From Candidatus Acidulodesulfobacterium acidiphilum (GTDB lineage: Bacteria > SZUA-79 > Acidulodesulfobacterales > Acidulodesulfobacteraceae): a stretch of DNA of 64,000 nt. The position numbers were made by a program, and so were the translations under genes. Below the pieces are notes generated by a model. It did no database searches. It saw nothing but the letters and a program-made list of their open reading frames with translations, and was not told the origin of the DNA. The stretch covers positions 1,557-65,556 of the forward strand of contig SHMQ01000002.1 of the NCBI GenBank assembly GCA_008534395.1, written 5' to 3'. Of the stretch, positions 36,577 to 45,887 are shown one piece after another. Numbering within the stretch: position 1 is the first letter of the stretch; each line of letters opens with the position of its first letter.

Positions 36577-36837
36577 CTAAAAATAAATGTGGTGTTCCTC
36601 AAAAACATTGTCCTTAATGTAAGTATTTTTCTTGAAACTTTCTTTAATAGGAATTTTTTTATAGACTATGAAATAAAACCCTTCGATTTTTTGCGGATAA
36701 ACATTAACTACTTTATATCTTTTTCCTTTCTCAATTATGCACTCCGCCTGAAATTCCCTCATTGCGAATGCATAATCATTTTTGGAATAATGTTCTCTAA
36801 ACCATCTTACGAATTCTAAAACGCCCCCCGTTTTCAT
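36577..36837 (-). CDS. hypothetical protein
   Basis: 86-aa ORF. Confidence 0.45.
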   Translation of the reverse strand: MKTGGVLEFVRWFREHYSKNDYAFAMREFQAECIIEKGKRYKVVNVYPQKIEGFYFIVYKKIPIKESFKKNTYIKDNVFEEHHIYF

Positions 36838-36846
36838 AATGCCCCC

Positions 36847-37233
36847 TTATTTTTTATTTTTTATATATTTTTTTCCTCTTAATTCCCCCACGTTTATTTG
36901 AAACGAAAACTTTTCTTTTTTCTTTTCCTGAATGAATTTTTCAATATCTTCTCTGTCGAATTTTATAGAACCGTCAATTCTTACGCTTGGTATTTCCTGT
37001 TTGGCTACCATGTCATATAATTTAGACCGTCCGATACCCAATATGAGCATTACCTCTTTGAAAGGTATTAGTCTTTTCTTTTCTTCCTCTACTTTTTGAT
37101 TTTTAAGTTCGTTAATTTCAGAAATAATAACTTTAAACATCTGGCGAAGTTCTTCGACTTCAGGATTAAAGTTTTCCTTATTTAAATTATTTAAATCTAA
37201 AGACTGCGGTTGTATATTAGTTTCCATTTTCAA
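36847..37233 (-). CDS. excisionase/MerR-type HTH DNA-binding protein
   Basis: 128 aa. IPFKEVMLILGIGRSKLYDMVAKQEIPSVRIDGSIKFDREDIEKFI. Confidence 0.6.
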   Translation of the reverse strand: MKMETNIQPQSLDLNNLNKENFNPEVEELRQMFKVIISEINELKNQKVEEEKKRLIPFKEVMLILGIGRSKLYDMVAKQEIPSVRIDGSIKFDREDIEKFIQEKKKEKFSFQINVGELRGKKYIKNKK

Positions 37234-37408
37234 TAAAATCCTTTAAAATTAAAGACTTAATAATATATTTCAAAAAACTAACTTGAATTTGTGAAATCTT
37301 GTCATCTGGATTGTTTTTGGATATTTTTACTGCTTCTATATATTTAAAAAGCGTCGCATTAATTTCTGGATTAATTATTTTTTTGGCTTGCATTTTCAAC
37401 CTCATCAT
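37217..37408 (-). CDS. hypothetical small protein
   Basis: 63-aa ORF located between the cro-like and xis-like genes. Confidence 0.35.
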   Translation of the reverse strand: MMRLKMQAKKIINPEINATLFKYIEAVKISKNNPDDKISQIQVSFLKYIIKSLILKDFIENGN

Positions 37409-37610
37409 TTTTAATATTTTCAGGGTATAGCAAATCTATTACTGTTATTTTGTTGTTAGTTATAATTTCAATTTTTTTTGCAAGCGTTCTTCGGGGATAA
37501 AATTTGTAGTTAATAATGTTATGCAAACTTTGCCTTGAAATACCTAATAACTTACAGAAATTTCCAATATTAATACGATTTTCTTTGATATATATTTTTA
37601 ATGGATGCAT
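37371..37610 (-). CDS. Cro-like HTH regulator
   Basis: 79 aa. INIGNFCKLLGISRQSLHNIINY. Divergent from the CI-like repressor gene. Confidence 0.6.
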   Translation of the reverse strand: MHPLKIYIKENRINIGNFCKLLGISRQSLHNIINYKFYPRRTLAKKIEIITNNKITVIDLLYPENIKNDEVENASQKNN

Positions 37611-37643
37611 AATTTTAATTTTGACCTCTTAGTATGAATGAAC

Positions 37644-37722
37644 ACAACTTAAAGTTTAATTTAACAACTTAATATTTAAAATAATACAACTTAATATTTA
37701 ATATGTCAAGCTTAAATTTAAA
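37644..37722. promoter_or_regulatory. four direct 17-bp operator-like repeats in the cro/cI intergenic region
   Basis: ACAACTTAAAGTTTAAT (37644), ACAACTTAATATTTAAA (37664), ACAACTTAATATTTAAT (37686), TCAAGCTTAAATTTAAA (37706). Spacing is 20-22 bp. Confidence 0.55.
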
Positions 37723-37860
37723 AAAAAATACAATATCAATATAATTTAAACCCTATATGTAATATAGCGAAGTTGATAAACTAAATATAGGGTTTATTTA
37801 CTATGCAATATTTTTATGATATATATTTAAAATCACAAAATATAAAAGGTTAATTGTTCT

Positions 37861-38556
37861 ATGAAATCAATTAATACGGAATTGTATAAACAAATAGCAG
37901 AAAAAATTAAATCTGCTATTAAAGAAAAGAATGTAACGCAAGAACAAATCGCAAGTAAGTTAAATATATCGGCTCAACAATTTCAAGCTTATATTAATAA
38001 ATTTGATAAAAATAAAATTCCACTTGATTATTTGATAGAAATAGCTAATTTTTTAAATATTAGCCCTGAATATTTTTACAAAAAAAATCAAAATATAATT
38101 CCTTCCGCTTCCTGTATTTCAGAATCTCAAGCCGACGACTTAAGTCTCGACAAATCCAAATATCAAACCATTCCCGTTTATTCTTTTGCCGGCGCCGGAA
38201 AATTTGTAAATTTAACCGAAATCGAGCCTATTGATACGCTTTTAGTCCCGAAAGAATTTATTAAGAAAAAATTAGCCGTAGTAAAAGTAATCGGTCCAAG
38301 CATGGAGCCTTATATAAAAGACGGCTCTTATGTAGGAATTGACTTAAATTACAAAGAACTCGTATCGGGATATATTTATTGCGTTAATTTAGACTATGAA
38401 GGCGCTCTTATCAAATACGTCATTAAAGACAGGAACGGCATAACTCTTAAATCGGAAAATCCTAAATTTCACGATATATTTATTAAAAAAGAAGAGATTG
38501 CCGACGGGGATCACTTTGTAATAGGACGAGTTGTCTGGGTGTGGCAGAACATATGA
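37861..38556 (+). CDS. CI/LexA-type repressor (XRE HTH plus S24 peptidase domain)
   Basis: 231 aa. N-terminal HTH VTQEQIASKLNISAQQFQAYI. C-terminal VIGPSMEPYIKDGSYVGID (S24 Ser box). Confidence 0.8.
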   Translation: MKSINTELYKQIAEKIKSAIKEKNVTQEQIASKLNISAQQFQAYINKFDKNKIPLDYLIEIANFLNISPEYFYKKNQNIIPSASCISESQADDLSLDKSKYQTIPVYSFAGAGKFVNLTEIEPIDTLLVPKEFIKKKLAVVKVIGPSMEPYIKDGSYVGIDLNYKELVSGYIYCVNLDYEGALIKYVIKDRNGITLKSENPKFHDIFIKKEEIADGDHFVIGRVVWVWQNI

Positions 38557-38729
38557 AAATTAATCTTTTATATTTTTATATTATTTTTTGCAAGATAATC
38601 TTTATTTTTGCATAATTATTTCCGATTATTAAATAGAGAGATTTTATATCGCTTTCCTTTGATTTTTGCTTGACAATAAAGGCTATAAAAAATACAATAA
38701 ATATCAATGATTTCACGGGGGAAATAAAT

Positions 38730-39635
38730 ATGGAAGAAGTCGGTTTAATAGAACCGGTCGTATCGGTATCGTCGGTATCTGGTCCTTATTCTTTTAATAT
38801 ATTACCCGAATCAATTTCCGAACAGCCATGCGAAATTATTCCTTATAAGCGCAAACCTAATCTAAACGAGCTATTAAATAAAATTATTAACGAAGATGCG
38901 TTAATCGGATTAAAAAATATTCCGGACGAATCAGTCGATGTCGTTATTACCGATCCGCCTTACGGCATTGCCAAAAAAAATTCGTTTAAAGATAAAAGCC
39001 ACGGGACATTCAAGGCTTTAGATTCCGAATGGGATATTTTTCCTTCGAAAAATCATTATATCAAGTTTACCGAAAACTGGATTAAAGAATGTTGTAGAAT
39101 ATTAAAGCCGACAGGCTCTATCGCGGTTTGGGGAAGCAGGATAAGCATTTTCGACGTTCAACCCGTTCTCTCGCAATTTTTCCCGAAATTTCTGGATATG
39201 CTTACGTGGATAAAAAGGGATTCTCCGCCGAATATGACCCGAAGAGGAATGGCTCCGTCCACGGAATTTTGCCTTATATTTACCAAAGCAGAAAAAGGCT
39301 GGACTTTTAATCACGACGATATTAAAAGGTATAACGACGGCAAACAAATGAGAAATTACGTAGATATTCAAAGGACGATGCCTGCCGAGGAAAGAACCGG
39401 ACACCCTACTCAAAAGAAAATCGAAACGCAACTTCTTTTAGTAGAAATGTTAAGCAATAAAAACGAGATAGTATTAGATCCATTTACGGGAAGCGGAACG
39501 TTGCCTGTTGCCTGTCTTAAAACCGACAGAAATTTTATCGGATTTGAATTAAACAAGGAATATTATGCCGTCGCTAAAAATAGAATAAAAAAACTTATAA
39601 ATGTTAACGATAAACACAAAAGAAACCGATATTGA
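38730..39635 (+). CDS. beta-class N6A/N4C DNA methyltransferase (type II R-M)
   Basis: VITDPPYGI (motif IV) precedes VLDPFTGSGT (motif I). Start set at the ATG at 38730 after a GGGGGA SD. TTGACA-17-TACAAT promoter at 38670..38698. Confidence 0.8.
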   Translation: MEEVGLIEPVVSVSSVSGPYSFNILPESISEQPCEIIPYKRKPNLNELLNKIINEDALIGLKNIPDESVDVVITDPPYGIAKKNSFKDKSHGTFKALDSEWDIFPSKNHYIKFTENWIKECCRILKPTGSIAVWGSRISIFDVQPVLSQFFPKFLDMLTWIKRDSPPNMTRRGMAPSTEFCLIFTKAEKGWTFNHDDIKRYNDGKQMRNYVDIQRTMPAEERTGHPTQKKIETQLLLVEMLSNKNEIVLDPFTGSGTLPVACLKTDRNFIGFELNKEYYAVAKNRIKKLINVNDKHKRNRY

Positions 39636-40320
39636 TTGTCAATCTCCTAATGAGAAAAGGAATATCGGCAGAAAATTTAGGGTTGTGGAATGTCTTTTCG
39701 ATAATACGGGACAAAATAAATCCGCCCTTTACGACGCATCTTCACAACTTGCAAATAAAGTTAATCCGGGACAGGCAAATAAATCTTCGAATATACGAGA
39801 TTCAAACACATTAATTAGGGATGCCGGAGGCGGCATTTTGGCGGAGTCAGGTTGTCTGACGTTTATAAATAAAACCTTTGGAAATATAGCCCATCCTACG
39901 AAATTTACTTCGTCTATCGGACAAATAGATATAGAACTTAACAAAGAACACACGATAGAGGTCAGGTCTTCTTTCCCCCGCAATGGCGTAAAATTTGCCA
40001 TTTGTAACGATAAATATAATTTTAAAAATATCGGAAGGTATTCAAATCTCTATAAACCGGACGAGAAAGCAAAGGACTTCTTTGCCATGATCCTGTTTGA
40101 AACGCGAAAAGACGTTTTGTTCGAAAGCGACACGATAAAATTTTATCTTATAGGCGGTTCTACGAAAGAGATGCTTAAAGACGACAAAATAACCTATACC
40201 GGCGATTTAATAGCGGAAGGCGATTCGACCCAAACCAAGACTAAATATCGGATTATAAAATTAAAAGACGCGCTTGATATAGACGGGTTTAAAAATTATA
40301 TGCATATCATAGGCTATTAG
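39601..40320 (+). CDS. putative type II restriction endonuclease
   Basis: 239 aa. Overlaps the methyltransferase 3' end. QIDIEL...IEVRSS is compatible with a PD-(D/E)xK core. No further support. Confidence 0.45.
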   Translation: MLTINTKETDIDCQSPNEKRNIGRKFRVVECLFDNTGQNKSALYDASSQLANKVNPGQANKSSNIRDSNTLIRDAGGGILAESGCLTFINKTFGNIAHPTKFTSSIGQIDIELNKEHTIEVRSSFPRNGVKFAICNDKYNFKNIGRYSNLYKPDEKAKDFFAMILFETRKDVLFESDTIKFYLIGGSTKEMLKDDKITYTGDLIAEGDSTQTKTKYRIIKLKDALDIDGFKNYMHIIGY

Positions 40321-40376
40321 CTAATGTTTATAGAATAAACGCATTGCGGACAATAAAAATTAAAGGGGGCAAAAAA

Positions 40377-40610
40377 ATGAAAAGTATTATTAAAACAATC
40401 AGAGAAATAGACTTAAAACTTTGCGAGAAGTATCTTTTCTACGAAAGAATAGTTAATTTGTGTGGGCTTGAACAGAAATTCGACGTTGCGTTAATTAAAA
40501 AATTTCCGTCGCTTTCAAGGCATTTTACGGACGAGATAACTATCAAAAGGTTTTCTGATTTGCAAAGAGCGGAGATTGAAAAATTAAATTTAAAAAATTT
40601 AAAAAGTTGA
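40377..40610 (+). CDS. hypothetical protein
   Basis: ATG at 40377 after an AAGGGGG SD. 77 aa. Confidence 0.45.
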   Translation: MKSIIKTIREIDLKLCEKYLFYERIVNLCGLEQKFDVALIKKFPSLSRHFTDEITIKRFSDLQRAEIEKLNLKNLKS

Positions 40611-40618
40611 GGCTGCTT

Positions 40619-40963
40619 ATGAACAAAATTATTACAGGATTATTTATTTTTATTATTTGTTTTTCTTTTGTGCATCCATCTTTTGCCATGAGTCACAAAA
40701 AAATTAATCAAAATCATAGCAATTTAATAGAATTGGGCGCAAAAGCCTACGTAATCGGATACAAAATTGAACAAAAAGTTTTAATCCAAAAAGCTGAAGG
40801 AGAAATTTCGAGTAATACTATGACAAACAGATGCAGCATAGCTGTAAAAAAAATCGGCAATCATTCTTCTATGTTGTTTTTGGAAGCAAAATGTTTGCAA
40901 GGAGCAGAAGCTCAAGCTATGATATCAATGGCGACTCAAGAAGCATTAAAATTAGCTTCTTAA
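40619..40963 (+). CDS. small secreted protein
   Basis: Signal peptide MNKIITGLFIFIICFSFVHPSFA. Confidence 0.5.
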   Translation: MNKIITGLFIFIICFSFVHPSFAMSHKKINQNHSNLIELGAKAYVIGYKIEQKVLIQKAEGEISSNTMTNRCSIAVKKIGNHSSMLFLEAKCLQGAEAQAMISMATQEALKLAS

Positions 40964-40979
40964 ATATTCGCTATCAAAT

Positions 40980-41186
40980 TTACCCCGCCCTTACGGACGG
41001 GGTATCTTTTTTTCTGTATATTATTTTCCCCGCATTAGTATCTATTATTTCTTTTATATCTTCTTTAAAAACTCTATACACCGCCCTTGCTATTTCGAGC
41101 CTTTCCTCTTCTGACAACTCTATCCTGTCCGCAAAGCGATTTTCTTCTTTTTCTTCTTCTATTTCCCCGAACAGATTGTATTGCAT
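40980..41186 (-). CDS. small acidic hypothetical protein downstream of the primase
   Basis: 68-aa ORF. Its 3' end runs through the terminator hairpin, so its extent is uncertain. Confidence 0.35.
   Translation of the reverse strand: MQYNLFGEIEEEKEENRFADRIELSEEERLEIARAVYRVFKEDIKEIIDTNAGKIIYRKKDTPSVRAG
40983..41013 (+). terminator. intrinsic (probably bidirectional) terminator
   Basis: CCCCGCCC-TTAC-GGACGGGG hairpin followed by TATCTTTTTTT. Confidence 0.65.
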
Positions 41187-41188
41187 AA

Positions 41189-42796
41189 CTATTTTCCTGC
41201 TTTAGAAAATATAGAACTTATCAAAGACTTGCCCTCTTTGCTTTCCGTCTTCGTTATCCTTATCTCTTCAGTTCCCCTTAAATTTTCTACCTTAAAAACT
41301 TTTTTCCAAAACTTATCGTAAACTTCCCCGTTTTTAAAATAATAATCCGGAAGCCATCGTTCGCTTTGCGGACAAACTATAGTAAAACCCTTTTTTTCAA
41401 TAAAAACGGTCGAGATTATTATATCAGCTTCGTTAATTTCCGCCGCAGCATTCCCTACGGATATATCTTTAATATTAACCCTGTCGTTTTTTGCCATTCT
41501 TTTGGCGACGTTTGCAAAATACGGGAATAAAGACTCAGTTTGATAATTTGACAAAAAAACCATATTAAATTTTTTCGATAATAATAAAGTTAAATAAATC
41601 AAAAATTCAAGCGTAGCGCCGGAAACGGTATTAATATCCTCTTTTTTCAGCGGCATAAAATCGGAAAGCATATATTGCGTTTTATCGACGAACATCTTCA
41701 TTTCAAAAGCGTTAAATACCGTTAATTCCGTTTTGTCCGCCGTGCGATTTTCTTCCTCTATTTTTTCTAATAGTTCCTCTAATCTGAATTTTTCAAGATA
41801 ATCGCTTACGTCTCCGTGTTCTTCTAACTCCTCGAATTTAACTACTTTAAAGCTTTTTGCGATTTTGCTTAACGCCGCCGTAAGCTTTTCCGTCCGTTTT
41901 CTTCCCGCCTCGTCGTTATCTTCGAATACCACGACGTTTTTACCTTTTAAATACATATTATAGGATTCTTCCCAGCTCTCGGCGCCGGTAGCGTTAGTCG
42001 TGAAAGCGGCGTTTTTATCCGGCCATACAGTTTTTAAATTATTGCAATCTTTTTCCCCTTCGCATATAAAAATGTTTTCCGCCAAAAGCACGTCTTTTAA
42101 GTTGTAAAGTATAAGTTTTGCGTTTCCTTTGCCGGTTAACCTTTTAGCGCCTTCGTAGTGGTAAAACAAGAACTTCTTAGATATCCTTTCTTCGCCTTTA
42201 AAACGCTCCCAGCGTTCTTTTTCGTATAATATTTTGCCGCTTTCGTCGTCGTAGATGTACGTGGCCGTTTTTTTATCTACCTCTTTATCTTTTACCTGCA
42301 CAGGTTTTTTAACCGGCTGCTTAACCGGTTTGTCCGCATTGCGAACGGGGACAGGGGGCGGCGGTTCTTCGATATTATTTATTTCGGGATTATAGTCTTC
42401 CGCTTCAGGATTTTTGAACTCCGGTTCTTTTTCGTTTTCGTTTTCCATAACATTTACCTCGTTATCCGCATTAAAAGCGGTTTTATTTTCTTTGTCCGCA
42501 AAACGGACTTGTCCGTCTTTGTTTTTAAAAGCGGATTTTTCCTTAAAATTATCGGGCGGATCTATTCCGTATCCTCTGGCTATTTCTACCGCTTCCGGAA
42601 ACTTAACCGACTCCATTCTTTCGATTAAGTGATAAATGTTGCCTTTTTCTCCGCAACCCCAGCAAAACCAGACTCCGTTATCCGGATTTACAGAAAAAGA
42701 AGGCGTTTTTTCCTCGTGAAACGGACATAAACCGAAATAATTGCGCCCCTGTTTCTTTAATTTTATATATCTTTCCGCAACGTCTATGTAGGACAT
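41189..42796 (-). CDS. DNA primase (CHC2 zinc finger plus Toprim)
   Basis: 535 aa. CPFHEEKTPSFSV....WFCWGCGEKGN zinc finger. Toprim motifs ICEGEKD and VFEDNDEAGRK. Confidence 0.85.
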   Translation of the reverse strand: MSYIDVAERYIKLKKQGRNYFGLCPFHEEKTPSFSVNPDNGVWFCWGCGEKGNIYHLIERMESVKFPEAVEIARGYGIDPPDNFKEKSAFKNKDGQVRFADKENKTAFNADNEVNVMENENEKEPEFKNPEAEDYNPEINNIEEPPPPVPVRNADKPVKQPVKKPVQVKDKEVDKKTATYIYDDESGKILYEKERWERFKGEERISKKFLFYHYEGAKRLTGKGNAKLILYNLKDVLLAENIFICEGEKDCNNLKTVWPDKNAAFTTNATGAESWEESYNMYLKGKNVVVFEDNDEAGRKRTEKLTAALSKIAKSFKVVKFEELEEHGDVSDYLEKFRLEELLEKIEEENRTADKTELTVFNAFEMKMFVDKTQYMLSDFMPLKKEDINTVSGATLEFLIYLTLLLSKKFNMVFLSNYQTESLFPYFANVAKRMAKNDRVNIKDISVGNAAAEINEADIIISTVFIEKKGFTIVCPQSERWLPDYYFKNGEVYDKFWKKVFKVENLRGTEEIRITKTESKEGKSLISSIFSKAGK

Positions 42797-42799
42797 AAC

Positions 42800-44440
42800 T
42801 TAGTATATTCCTTCGAGTTTTTTTCTTTTGTTTTTCTCTTTAATGCTTTTTAAAATAATAGAACTCATATCCTTTTTATGCCTTAACCCCCAATACATCG
42901 AATATTCTATCGTATCTTTTGCGTGCATAAAAACTTCAAGGGACTTATGCTTTAATCCTATCCTCTGCACCCTTTTTCTCGCCTGGTCAAAAATTTCGTA
43001 ATCCCAAACGGGCGAAAACCAGATAATACCTTTAGAGACAGAAAGATTTAACCCCGTTCCCACGCTGACGGGATTAGCCAAAAGGATCTGAACGGCGCCC
43101 GACTTAAAATCGGCGATAGATTTGCCTGAATTCTGTCCTCCGTAAGCGGCCGCTATTGAAAAATGCCCCTTAAGAGCTTTAATTATTTCATCTATATGGC
43201 TTTTGAAGTAAGCAAAAACAATAACCCGCTCTCTGCCGAATTCCTCTTCGATGATTTCTCTTAATGCTTCTATCTTTTTATTGTTTTTAGTCAACGAGAC
43301 AGAGCGCCCTATATCGTCATAAACGTAACCGCTCGCCGCCTGCCAGAGTTTTGAAGCCTTAGCGGACGATTCTGTATTAATGTTGCTATTTTCTATTAAA
43401 GCCGAAGCTTCATTTTCGATTTTGTCGTAGTTTCTTAAATGTTCCGAGTCTAATTCAACCTCTCTCCATAGCGTTATGTTTTCCGGCAAATCTACGCAGT
43501 CTTCTAACTCAAACCTTATGGATTTAGCTACTACTTTTTCTTTAATGGCGGCTGCGCCGTCTTTGGTAATAAACCAGTCGAACTTAGTTTTATAGGCATG
43601 CTTACTTAAGAATTGCCAATAGTTTACGCCTAAAGTTTTTCCGCCGTCCATTAAATAAAACTGGCTCCAGTATTCAAGCGGGGTATTAGGCGCCGGAAGC
43701 CCGGACAAAATAAAAGTGTATTCTACGGGCAAATAACGCTTCAGTATTTCAAATCTTTTGGTCCGGACGTTTCTTGCTTTTGCCGATTCGTCCAATAATA
43801 CGCAATCGAAATCAAAATTAAAAGTTTTAGTTATTCTTTTTATCTTTTTGCCGGTTTTTTCGTCTTCTTCTATAACGTAATCAAAAAGGATTTTAATCAT
43901 ATCCCAGTTAATTATCCAAATGCCTTCTCCCGCCTCGTTTTGATTTTTGCTTAACTTTTGAATATTTAAATGCGGGAAATAAGTATTGCAGTCCGAAATC
44001 CAAGCGTCGTTCATAACTAAAAGAGGGGTTATAATCAAAGCTTTTTTGATTAGCCCGTTCTGAAAAAGGTAATCTAAAGCCATTAAAGACGTTATAGTTT
44101 TACCCGTTCCCATGGTATTGAAAACCGCCGCCTGTTTTTGTTGAAGCATAAATTTTAAGGTTTCTATCTGATGTTTATACGGGGTAAGACCGGAAGGCGG
44201 AACATAGTTTAAAAGAGGGTTGTTTTGTCTGTTAAAATCGAAATTCCTGACGGATTTGTCTATTTCGGCGTTAGGAAAAGCTTTTCTGAATACGTAAAAA
44301 CTTTCCAAATTCAAAGGTAATATCCAGTTTTTAGTCTGTGGATCGAAAGACCTGTTAGGCAAGGTTTTGACTTTTTCTACCAAAGCAGGGTCGTAATAAA
44401 AACTGATAATCAATTTTTTGCCGTCGGTATATAGTTCCAT
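42800..44440 (-). CDS. SNF2-family helicase
   Basis: NTMGTGKTITS, VLLDESAKARN, ANPVSVGTGLNLS, QARKRVQRIG. The ATG at 44440 is preferred over 44500 because the TTGACA-17-TATAAA promoter lies between them. Confidence 0.85.
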   Translation of the reverse strand: MELYTDGKKLIISFYYDPALVEKVKTLPNRSFDPQTKNWILPLNLESFYVFRKAFPNAEIDKSVRNFDFNRQNNPLLNYVPPSGLTPYKHQIETLKFMLQQKQAAVFNTMGTGKTITSLMALDYLFQNGLIKKALIITPLLVMNDAWISDCNTYFPHLNIQKLSKNQNEAGEGIWIINWDMIKILFDYVIEEDEKTGKKIKRITKTFNFDFDCVLLDESAKARNVRTKRFEILKRYLPVEYTFILSGLPAPNTPLEYWSQFYLMDGGKTLGVNYWQFLSKHAYKTKFDWFITKDGAAAIKEKVVAKSIRFELEDCVDLPENITLWREVELDSEHLRNYDKIENEASALIENSNINTESSAKASKLWQAASGYVYDDIGRSVSLTKNNKKIEALREIIEEEFGRERVIVFAYFKSHIDEIIKALKGHFSIAAAYGGQNSGKSIADFKSGAVQILLANPVSVGTGLNLSVSKGIIWFSPVWDYEIFDQARKRVQRIGLKHKSLEVFMHAKDTIEYSMYWGLRHKKDMSSIILKSIKEKNKRKKLEGIY

Positions 44441-44470
44441 GCTATATTTTATATTAATAAATAGAATTTT

Positions 44471-44559
44471 TGTCAATACAAAATTTAATAAAAACGTCAT
44501 TTTAAATCAAAAATATATAAATTCTGTATTGACAAAAATTAACGAAATATGATTATAAT
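44471..44559. promoter_or_regulatory. divergent promoter pair built on inverted GTATTGACAAAA boxes
   Basis: Minus strand: TTGACA (44476-44471), 17 nt, TATAAA, 7 nt, ATG. Plus strand: TTGACA (44529-44534), about 19 nt, TATAAT (44554-44559). Confidence 0.55.
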
Positions 44560-44567
44560 ATAACGTC

Positions 44568-44891
44568 ATGCCGATATTAAAAGAGAAAAAAGAAAGAATG
44601 GTGAGGGCTTACATCGATAAGTCCTTATATAAAAAAATAGAAGAGGTCATAAAAGAAGCCGAAAAAAACGGCATAACTTTAATGGCAAGGGATATTATAC
44701 TTAAAGGATTAGAATTAAAAGAAGAAGAAATAGCAAAAGTTAAAATATCGGTCGCCTTAAAAAAAGAAAATTACGAAAAATTTTTAAAGTTAAAGGAAAA
44801 ACGCAAAGAGACGCTAATTGAAGATCTCGTGCGGGCTGGAATAAACGAGACTATCGATGAATATAAAAAAACAATAAAAAACTTTGTATAG
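44568..44891 (+). CDS. ribbon-helix-helix protein, paralogue 1
   Basis: 107 aa. RMVRAYIDKSLYKKIEEVIKEAEKNGITLMARDIILKGL shows a beta-alpha-alpha RHH pattern. Confidence 0.6.
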   Translation: MPILKEKKERMVRAYIDKSLYKKIEEVIKEAEKNGITLMARDIILKGLELKEEEIAKVKISVALKKENYEKFLKLKEKRKETLIEDLVRAGINETIDEYKKTIKNFV

Positions 44892-44892
44892 C

Positions 44893-45135
44893 ATGCCTCC
44901 AAAAAAAGAAGACAAAAAAGAAAATAAAGATAAAAACACCGTTTATGCGTCTATAAAACTCACGAAAGACGAGTACGGCAAACTGGAAGAGATGCGGAAA
45001 GAAGCTGAAAAAAAAGGCATACGGCTTACGTTTAAAGATATTATAAACAAAGCCTTTCAGAAAGGAATTGATTTAGCGGAGAAAGAAATTGAAGAAATTA
45101 AAAAAGAGCGAAAAAAGTCCGGCAAAAAAAACTAA
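44893..45135 (+). CDS. ribbon-helix-helix protein, paralogue 2
   Basis: ATG at 44893. VYASIKLTKDEYGKLEEMRKEAEKKGIRLTFKDIINKAF. Confidence 0.55.
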   Translation: MPPKKEDKKENKDKNTVYASIKLTKDEYGKLEEMRKEAEKKGIRLTFKDIINKAFQKGIDLAEKEIEEIKKERKKSGKKN

Positions 45136-45301
45136 AAACGTATCGGTTAGGATTCCGATAGATTTATACGAAAAATATCAAGAAGCTAAAGAAAAAGCTA
45201 AAGAGTTTAATTTAAACGTTTCTTTAAGCGCTATAATAAGAAACAGCGTTCAGGAATATATAGAAAAAATTAAAAACTTTAAAAACCGCGGGAAAAAGTA
45301 A
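45089..45301 (+). CDS. ribbon-helix-helix protein, paralogue 3
   Basis: VSVRIPIDLYEKYQEAKEKAKEFNLNVSLSAIIRNSV. The only available start is the TTG at 45089, which overlaps paralogue 2 by 47 nt. Confidence 0.45.
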   Translation: MKKLKKSEKSPAKKTKNVSVRIPIDLYEKYQEAKEKAKEFNLNVSLSAIIRNSVQEYIEKIKNFKNRGKK

Positions 45302-45887
45302 ATAATAAGCAAGATACCAAAAACAAAACCGGCACGAAAGCGAAATGAAACGCTTTTACCCTGCTCTTATCGAACAAGCCGTCTAGTCTTGCGCTGAAAT
45401 AAGTTATCACCTTTCCTAATATTATAGCGCAAATCGAAATAATAATTATATTGTCTATCCCGACGAACGCCCCTATAGCTCCCGCCGTCAATATATCTCC
45501 AAAAGCGTAAGAACCGAGCCTTGTTATATCGATTAGGATAAATATGCCTAAACCTATGCCTAACGCCTCAAAAGCGTCAATAAGGGGCTTATTTGCCATA
45601 TAAGCGAATAACACGCCCGCAAGCATTAAAAATATGGGAATAAACCTGTGTATTCTTTCAAAAAGCATATCGGTCAAAGACATAAAAATTAATCCGGAGA
45701 AAAGAACGAGATATTTTAAATTAAAACTGACAGGGATAATTAATTTATGAGTTGAAAAAGCGGTTTTAATTGCAAAATAAATATCGGCAAAATTGCTGGA
45801 GAAAAAGGGATATAGAATTAGTATCCCTAAAAGGACGGCAAGGACGGGGAGAATAAATATGCGCTTAGATACGGCGAAATTAAACAT
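45279..45887 (-). CDS. A24-family prepilin peptidase-like membrane protein
   Basis: 202 aa, polytopic. SLTDMLFERI and YAFGDILTAGAIGAFVG resemble the two Asp boxes. Confidence 0.55.
   Translation of the reverse strand: MFNFAVSKRIFILPVLAVLLGILILYPFFSSNFADIYFAIKTAFSTHKLIIPVSFNLKYLVLFSGLIFMSLTDMLFERIHRFIPIFLMLAGVLFAYMANKPLIDAFEALGIGLGIFILIDITRLGSYAFGDILTAGAIGAFVGIDNIIIISICAIILGKVITYFSARLDGLFDKSRVKAFHFAFVPVLFLVSCLLFTFSRGF

Noticed and set aside
40831-41205. 124-aa plus-strand ORF spanning the end of the secreted-protein gene, the terminator and the antisense of the 68-aa gene
   Set aside because: It runs through a strong terminator hairpin, it overlaps better-supported genes, and it has no SD.
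45121-45132. Programmed frameshift fusing RHH paralogues 2 and 3 at the A8 run
   Set aside because: There is no supporting downstream structure or conservation evidence, and independent TTG initiation explains the data equally well. It is mentioned only as a possibility within a finding.
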